A DNA stretch of 64,000 bases from an uncultured Candidatus Sumerlaeota bacterium (GTDB lineage: Bacteria; Sumerlaeota; Sumerlaeia; MWCT01; JAGHBZ01). The stretch lies in contig CAZSMK010000026.1 in the NCBI GenBank assembly GCA_964608095.1, positions 70,664-134,663 of the forward strand, read 5' to 3'. Position 1 is the stretch's first letter. Each line of letters starts with the position of its first letter. Position numbers and translations under genes: made by a program. Shown piece after piece: positions 57,790 through 64,000 of this stretch. A model generated the notes under the pieces. It did not search any database and was not told the DNA's origin. It worked only from the letters and a program-made list of their open reading frames with translations.

Positions 57790-60700
57790 CTATTCTTTAT
57801 CAGAACCGTTGCATTCGAGTTTCGAAAGGTTCTCGTAGAGTTTGAAACGTTGAGAGACCTCTTTCTCTGCCCGTTCCATAAGCATTGCCGCGCGTTCAGG
57901 ATCCTGAAGCTTAAGACTTCTAAACCGGTTCTCCATATAGGCGAATTCACTGAAGCTGACCTTGGTTTTCGAGTCGAGATGAAGCGGGTTTTTCCCTTCC
58001 TTCATCAAGTCCGGATTGAACCTGTAAAGGGGCCAAAATCCCGATTGCACCGCTTTCATCTGGTTCTCATGCCCAAGGGTCATATTTATTCCATGAGCAA
58101 TACAATGTGAATAGGCGATTATGAGAGAAGGACCGCGGTATGCATCGGCTTCGCTCAAGGCTTTAGCTGTTTGAACGGGATTAGCGCCGAAGGCGATCTG
58201 TGCGACATAGATATTGCCGTAGGTCATGGCAAGCATCCCGAGGTCTTTACGAGGGAGTGGTTTGCCGCTCGCGGCAAAGCGGGCAACAGCGCCAAGGGGT
58301 GTCGCTTTGGACATCTGTCCACCCGTATTCGAGTAGACGCCGGTGTCGAGAACGAGGGCGTTGATATCCCTGCCGGAAGCAAGGACATGATCCAACCCGC
58401 CGTAGCCGATGTCGTATGCCCACCCGTCGCCGCCTATCGCCCAGATAGAACGCCTTATCAGGAAATCTGCCAAGGAGAGAAGCTCTTTGACGTCAGGATT
58501 TTGAGAATTGGCAAGTCGTTCGCGAAGGGCTGCTACGCGCTCACGTTGTTTTTCCACGCCGACCTGGTCGGTTTGATCCGCATCCTTGATGAGACCGAGC
58601 AGCTCTTTTACATTGGAGAGCTCCGGGTCGTTGGACGCGAGGAATTTATCAACCATTTCCCGCGCAAACGTTGCGAGTTTATCGGTGGTTAATCTCATGC
58701 CGAACGCAAACTCGGCAGCATCTTCAAACAATGAATTCGACCATGTCGGTCCACGACCGTCATCTCGCTTACAATAAGGTGTTGTGGGAAGATTCCCGCC
58801 GTAAATAGAAGAACAGCCTGTAGCATTGCCAATCATGAGATGATCGCCTAAGAGTTGGGTAAGGATTTTAAGGTAAGGCGTTTCACCACAGCCGGCACAT
58901 GCCCCGGAAAATTCGAAGAGCGGGCGTTTCAGCTGTGAACCTTTGACCGTATTGCTCTTGAAAAGAGAAGGATCAGTTTCGGGTATCTTGAGAAAGAACG
59001 CGAAATTTTCCGCTTCTGCCTCGCGGAGAGGCAACTGATCTTCCATGTTGATGGCTTTCTTGGAGGGGTCTTCTTTACTTTTAACCGGACAAATCTCTAC
59101 ACACATAGCACAGCCGGTGCAATCTTCAGGTGCGACCTGCAAGGAGTATTTCATTCCTTTAAATTCTTTCCCGCGCGCCTCGGTTGACTTGAATGTCTTC
59201 GGAGCGCCCTCGATCTCTTTCGGATCGAAGACCTTCGACCGAATAGTTGCGTGGGGACATACAAAAGCACACATCCCGCACTGGGTACAAATGTCGGGTT
59301 CCCATACGGGAATTTTTACCGCGATATTGCGTTTCTCGTATTGAGTCGTGCCTGTAGGATACGTACCGTCTTCCGGTAGTTTTGACACGGGAATTTCGTC
59401 GCCCTTGCCTGCAATGATCTTGGCGGTCACTTCCTGGACGAATTTGGGCGCATCTTCAGGAACTACCGGAGGCATCTTTTTGGTACTCGTAACCTTTCCC
59501 GGGACATCGACTTCTTCAATATTCTCTAATGCAACGTCCACAGCCGCCATGTTCATATCTACAACTTTCTTTCCTTTAGAACCATAGGTCTTTTCAATCG
59601 CATCTTTAATGGCAGGGATGGCAACATCTTCAGGAATGACGTTTGATATCTTGAAGAACACTGTCTGCATAATAGTATTGATCCTCGCGCCAAGCCCTAA
59701 TTCTTCCGCAAGTTTATAGGCATTGATCACATAGAACTTCAGCTTTTTGTCTATGATTTGTTTTTGCACCTCCATGGGCAAATGCTCCCATATCTCATCT
59801 TTGTTAAAGGGACTATTGAGGAGAAAGATTCCGCCTTCATGGGCATTTTTCAACATGTCATAACGTTCGAGAAAAGAGAAGTTGTGGCAGGCGAGGAAAT
59901 TGGCGTCGCTGATGAGATATGTGCTCCTGATAGGTCGGGGACCGAAGCGAAGGTGAGAAATGGTGATTGCACCCGCCTTTCTTGAGTCATAGACGAAATA
60001 GCCCTGCGCATAGTTGTCGGTCTCTTCACCTATGATTTTGATGGAATTTTTGTTGGCGCCCACGGTACCGTCTGAACCAAGTCCGTAAAACATGCAGCGG
60101 GACACATCCTCCGCTTCGAGTGAATAGTCGGGATCATACTCCAGGCTTGTATTTGTTACATCGTCGATTATGCCGACGGTGAAATGATTCTTTGGTTTGT
60201 CCAGGGCGAGATTATCAAAAATCCCCTTGATCATCGCGGGTGTAAATTCTTTCGAGCTGAGCCCATAGCGTCCACCCACAACCTGGGGCCATTCTGCGAA
60301 GGGGGCGATTTTTTGTTCCATCGCTTCGCCAATGGCGGTCCTCACATCTATATAGAGAGGTTCCCCTATTGCGCCCGGTTCTTTGGTCCTGTCAAGAACG
60401 GTGATCTTTTTGACAGTTTTGGGAAGAGCGCGGGCAAAAGCCTCGACCGAGAACGGTCGATAGAGGCGCACCTTAATACAGCCGACCTTCTCGCCTTTTG
60501 ACACGAGATGTTCGACCGTTTCATGAATAGTCTCCCATGATGAACCCATTGCTATAATAATGCGTTCCGCATCGGGAGCGCCGACATAATCGAAAAGTTT
60601 GTACTGACGTCCAACAACCTTAGCGAATCGGTCCATCACCTTCTGCACAATTTCAGGAGTAGCCAGGTAGTATTTGTTCACGGTTTCGCGAGCCTGAAAA

Positions 60701-61374
60701 AAGACATCGGGATTCTGAGAAGTCCCGCGCAGCACCGGTTGTTCAGGATTCATCCCTCGTGCGCGATGTGCTTTGACTGAGGCATCGTCGATGACTGCAC
60801 GCATCTGGTCAAGCGTCAACGGCTCGATTTTCTGAATCTCGTGCGAGGAACGAAACCCATCAAAGAAATGAACAAATGGGATGCGGCTTTCCAAACTGGC
60901 TGCCTGCGCAATCAGGGCGAAATCCATCACTTCCTGGATCGAGCCGGACGGCATGAGGGCAAACCCGGTCGAACGCGTTGCCATCACGTCGCTGTGATCG
61001 CCGAAAATACTCAACGCCTGACAGGCAACTGAACGCGCTGAAACATGAAACACCGTCGGCAGCAACTCCCCCGCAATCTTGAACATGTTCGGCATCATGA
61101 GAAGCAATCCTTGAGAGGCGGTAAATGTGGTGGTGAGCGCACCGCTGGTGAGTGCACCATGCACCGCGCCCGAGGCCCCCCCTTCCGATTGCATCTCTGT
61201 TACATCCGGTATCGTACCCCAGAGGTTTTTCTCACCCGCGGCGCTTTTTGCGTCAGCAATCTCGCCCATAGGTGATGACGGGGTAATGGGATAAATTGCT
61301 ATCACTTCATTGGTCGGGTGCGCAACATGAGCAACCGCGCTATTGCCATCGATCGTAACCATATTCTTACCCAT
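57790..61374 (-). CDS. nifJ: Pyruvate:ferredoxin (flavodoxin) oxidoreductase, single-polypeptide
   Basis: 1194 aa. N-terminal MVTIDGNSAVAHVAH..IYPITPSS. Two ferredoxin motifs (CTQCGMCAFVCP and CTGCAMCVEICP). A TPP-binding GDG motif. Confidence 0.9.
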   Translation of the reverse strand: MGKNMVTIDGNSAVAHVAHPTNEVIAIYPITPSSPMGEIADAKSAAGEKNLWGTIPDVTEMQSEGGASGAVHGALTSGALTTTFTASQGLLLMMPNMFKIAGELLPTVFHVSARSVACQALSIFGDHSDVMATRSTGFALMPSGSIQEVMDFALIAQAASLESRIPFVHFFDGFRSSHEIQKIEPLTLDQMRAVIDDASVKAHRARGMNPEQPVLRGTSQNPDVFFQARETVNKYYLATPEIVQKVMDRFAKVVGRQYKLFDYVGAPDAERIIIAMGSSWETIHETVEHLVSKGEKVGCIKVRLYRPFSVEAFARALPKTVKKITVLDRTKEPGAIGEPLYIDVRTAIGEAMEQKIAPFAEWPQVVGGRYGLSSKEFTPAMIKGIFDNLALDKPKNHFTVGIIDDVTNTSLEYDPDYSLEAEDVSRCMFYGLGSDGTVGANKNSIKIIGEETDNYAQGYFVYDSRKAGAITISHLRFGPRPIRSTYLISDANFLACHNFSFLERYDMLKNAHEGGIFLLNSPFNKDEIWEHLPMEVQKQIIDKKLKFYVINAYKLAEELGLGARINTIMQTVFFKISNVIPEDVAIPAIKDAIEKTYGSKGKKVVDMNMAAVDVALENIEEVDVPGKVTSTKKMPPVVPEDAPKFVQEVTAKIIAGKGDEIPVSKLPEDGTYPTGTTQYEKRNIAVKIPVWEPDICTQCGMCAFVCPHATIRSKVFDPKEIEGAPKTFKSTEARGKEFKGMKYSLQVAPEDCTGCAMCVEICPVKSKEDPSKKAINMEDQLPLREAEAENFAFFLKIPETDPSLFKSNTVKGSQLKRPLFEFSGACAGCGETPYLKILTQLLGDHLMIGNATGCSSIYGGNLPTTPYCKRDDGRGPTWSNSLFEDAAEFAFGMRLTTDKLATFAREMVDKFLASNDPELSNVKELLGLIKDADQTDQVGVEKQRERVAALRERLANSQNPDVKELLSLADFLIRRSIWAIGGDGWAYDIGYGGLDHVLASGRDINALVLDTGVYSNTGGQMSKATPLGAVARFAASGKPLPRKDLGMLAMTYGNIYVAQIAFGANPVQTAKALSEADAYRGPSLIIAYSHCIAHGINMTLGHENQMKAVQSGFWPLYRFNPDLMKEGKNPLHLDSKTKVSFSEFAYMENRFRSLKLQDPERAAMLMERAEKEVSQRFKLYENLSKLECNGSDKE

Positions 61375-61681
61375 CTTTATATCTCCTTTACCTCACGTAA
61401 TATCTAAGGATAATTTTTTTCTGCCAGGATTTTCGGCAAATGAATCCACTATAATTGCCACATTATACACAAATATCAAAATCTATTCTATCACCCTTAT
61501 AGGCAAATTCAAGGGTAATTTTCTCGATTGAAAAAAGCGTAGATTCTTTGATGAAAAAATTCGGAGAATATGGCTGAATAGGACACACCGGATTATGATA
61601 ATAAATTCGTATTCTAAGCTCCCTCAGAGCAGACGAAATTGCTTAAACTTAAAGAGCGTTCTGAACAAGACTGTGTGTCTA

Positions 61682-63667
61682 TTATGGATTTAGAAAAAGA
61701 GGATTAATATCAAGTTGTGCCTGTCTACGAGCATCCGCAAGGTACTCGTTCAGAATAGTCTCTCGTTTTATCTGGATTAATTCCCGTTCGAGCCGCGGTA
61801 TTTCTTCTTTGAATTCCTCGAGGGTGGGAGGTTTTTTATCCTTAAGAACCCAGACGAAGAAAGCATCGGTTTTCTGTTCTTTGTCGACCGATTTAGAGAC
61901 GAGCACATCGCCCACACTGGTTTCCAGGGTAACACGATGAAAATTTTCAATAGTCCCCATCTCTTCGGGGAGGTTGTCTCGAGTAAAATATTCCGTGGTT
62001 GTAACCTCGAGATTTTCGCCTTCTGCTCTTTCTTTGAGGCTTTCAGTACGGGAAGCGGCTTCTTCAAGTTTCTCAGCGCGTTCCTCAGCGATTTCAAGCG
62101 CCCTCTGGTAGTTGTAGTCTTCTGTAACTTTGTCTATAACATTTTCCAAATCAGGTATTCGTGCGGGAACGGTCTCATGAAGTTGCATAAAAAGGATTTC
62201 CTGTGTCCGTGGGAGAATTCTAATCTCCTTCACCTCAATCATCTCTTCGATATCACTTTTGAACGGTGTCAGATTTCCCAGGTCTTCAAAGAAATACTCA
62301 TCCGCCTCTACATATTCAGTTTGAGTAACCTCCTCGCCGAATTCTTTTGCAAGTGCGTTGATACTCGTATATTTGTACAGGTCGAGAGAGAATTCACTGG
62401 CGCGCCGATCGATGATTTCCTTGCACCGCTGGGAGAAAAGGAACGATTCAAGGGACTCGGCGACTTCTTCAAGTGAACGATATGTCTGCGGATCGATTTC
62501 ATCGGCGCGAACGATTTCAAATCCTTTCTCTGTCCGGAAAGGGGGCGTCACATCACCCGGATTCTCAAGCGCAAGGACATTATTAACAAACGTTTCGCCA
62601 TATTGACGAGCGGAGAAACGGGACACCCATCCAATAAGTCCGCCGGTCTTAACGACAGTCGTAATCTCATCGGATTTGTATTCGTCGCTGAACTCATTCG
62701 CAAGCTCCTCAAAGGGGGCGCCGTTCATTATTTGCTGGTACAGATTTTCCGCTTTTGTCTTTATCTCATCGACTTGTTGCGGAGTAGCGTCCTGGAAAAC
62801 ATCAAGGAGAATATGACGCGCCTTCACACGCTTTGGAACTAAAAACCGCTCTTTATTCTTTTCATAGTACGTTGCCACGTCAGACTCTGAAATCGTAACT
62901 GTGGTTCCGAGATCGCTAAGTGATACTTCAAAATAATCGAAACGATATTGTTCGGGCACCTTATAGTCCTCTTTGTGCTCCTCATAAAACGAGACCAGCT
63001 CCTCCTCGTCTTCAATCACCATGTCAGCCATGATTTCATCAATGGGAATCTTTACATAATCTATCTGGATTTCTTCGTCAGTGATAAGGTATTGTTGCCA
63101 GAGTTCAAAAAGAGAGGCGCGTGCCTCGGTATAGAATGCGTATTTTGCCTTGCTGACGGTAGACTCGCGTTTCTCACGGTATACTAATTCCTGTTCACTC
63201 TGGATATTGCGCGCACGCATGTATGCTTGAAGATAAGCAGCGGTGTTTTGGGGCCATTGGCTGCGGAACTGCAGAATAACCTCATCTTGTGAAGTGACGA
63301 TTCCATGATTATGGGCATAATTCATCAAGAGGAAGAAATTAACCGCTTCGATGATTTTGGGAAGTTGCGGGATCGCCTCGGTTAACCGCTGATTCGCAAA
63401 AATACGTTCGGGCAGTCCCAGGAAATCAGCAAAACTACTGTAGCGTTGTATAAGTCGAATTTCGGCTTCCTCGACCTCCTCGGGATTAATCCGATGCCAC
63501 CGGCTCAGCTTTCCCAGCTTAACCTTCGCGAGATAACGTTCTTTTTCAAATTGTGATTGACGCGATGAAGACCATCCATAATAAAAAACAAAGGACGGTA
63601 TTATGAGTAAAAGGGTGATTTGCAACACCCGACGCATGACCTTTCGTGATCGAAGTTGCTTTAACAT
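61682..63667 (-). CDS. Periplasmic chaperone / peptidyl-prolyl isomerase, PpiD/SurA-like (parvulin domain)
   Basis: An N-terminal TM anchor, a long chaperone region and a parvulin motif KRVKARHILL...FEELANEFSDE. 661 aa. Confidence 0.6.
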   Translation of the reverse strand: MLKQLRSRKVMRRVLQITLLLIIPSFVFYYGWSSSRQSQFEKERYLAKVKLGKLSRWHRINPEEVEEAEIRLIQRYSSFADFLGLPERIFANQRLTEAIPQLPKIIEAVNFFLLMNYAHNHGIVTSQDEVILQFRSQWPQNTAAYLQAYMRARNIQSEQELVYREKRESTVSKAKYAFYTEARASLFELWQQYLITDEEIQIDYVKIPIDEIMADMVIEDEEELVSFYEEHKEDYKVPEQYRFDYFEVSLSDLGTTVTISESDVATYYEKNKERFLVPKRVKARHILLDVFQDATPQQVDEIKTKAENLYQQIMNGAPFEELANEFSDEYKSDEITTVVKTGGLIGWVSRFSARQYGETFVNNVLALENPGDVTPPFRTEKGFEIVRADEIDPQTYRSLEEVAESLESFLFSQRCKEIIDRRASEFSLDLYKYTSINALAKEFGEEVTQTEYVEADEYFFEDLGNLTPFKSDIEEMIEVKEIRILPRTQEILFMQLHETVPARIPDLENVIDKVTEDYNYQRALEIAEERAEKLEEAASRTESLKERAEGENLEVTTTEYFTRDNLPEEMGTIENFHRVTLETSVGDVLVSKSVDKEQKTDAFFVWVLKDKKPPTLEEFKEEIPRLERELIQIKRETILNEYLADARRQAQLDINPLFLNP

Positions 63668-63752
63668 ATAGTTCTCTGCCTCATTTCATTTATTAAAAAC
63701 GCCGTCCGCTGTTTTGTGTTATGACGCCGTCTCAAAATACATAATATATAGT

Positions 63753-64000
63753 TTACTCGCTAAACTTCTGCAATGCAATGGTGCAATTATGCCCGCCGAA
63801 ACCCAGCGAATTATTAATGGCTTTTCTTACCGTCGCTTTTTGTGCCTTATTAGGAACATAATTAAGGTCGCATGCAGGGTCAGGGTACTCGTAATTCATA
63901 GTCGGCGGAATGATATCATGGTACAAGGTGAGAACAGTGGAGACGGTTTCAGCAGCGCCGGCAGCGCCAAGTAAATGCCCGATCATTGATTTATTTGAGC
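63753..64000 (-). CDS. fabF: Beta-ketoacyl-ACP synthase II, C-terminal end. The gene continues beyond the window.
   Basis: [11 protein letters not shown]...[20 protein letters not shown]...[13 protein letters not shown] is the FabF C-terminus. The frame is open to position 64000. Confidence 0.75.
   Translation of the reverse strand, partial: SNKSMIGHLLGAAGAAETVSTVLTLYHDIIPPTMNYEYPDPACDLNYVPNKAQKATVRKAINNSLGFGGHNCTIALQKFSE

Overview
The window is a bacterial chromosomal segment of roughly 50% GC, probably from an anaerobe: it carries single-polypeptide PFOR, ThiC, a B12-radical-SAM gene and an archaeal-type RNase HII homologue. Most of it is housekeeping. There is an NAD, CoA and pantothenate cofactor cluster (nadC, comB-like, coaD, panB, pncA-like) next to recJ. 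There are envelope glycosylation genes (a GT39/ArnT-like transferase, a GT2 DPM1-like transferase, a GT4-like transferase and a UDP-sugar epimerase). There is a thiE-thiC-thiL operon, a PBP4/Ctp peptidase pair, ahcY, the conserved rpsB-tsf-pyrH-frr-uppS-cdsA block, PFOR, a PpiD-like chaperone and the 3' end of fabF. One tRNA-Leu(CAG) is present. Three regions stand out. First, an ~80-bp tandem-repeat array of about 10 copies brackets a GxxExxY gene; it is not a CRISPR. Second, a 1.3-kb non-coding tract between the thi operon and the rSAM gene holds duplicated modules, a perfect hairpin and a (GTAYGT)n Z-DNA-type microsatellite. Third, an ~11-kb accessory island lies at 45.5-56.7 kb. The island carries a lone phage terminase-large-subunit-like gene with a small upstream ORF. 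It also carries two tandem secreted tail-fibre-like paralogues that show a recent gene-conversion tract. The rest of the island holds a DUF202 membrane protein and a family-4 UDG. It also holds a frameshifted ISL3 transposase fragment fused at a palindrome to a truncated RhuM-family gene. Further along are an orphan HigA-type antidote, a PolX-N-terminal HhH protein lacking a polymerase domain, a PEBP protein and a divergent RNase HII. I consider the terminase-like plus secreted-fibre module, and the adjacent nucleic-acid-enzyme island, the best candidates for an undescribed system. All functional calls are by-eye motif recognition. No database search was possible.
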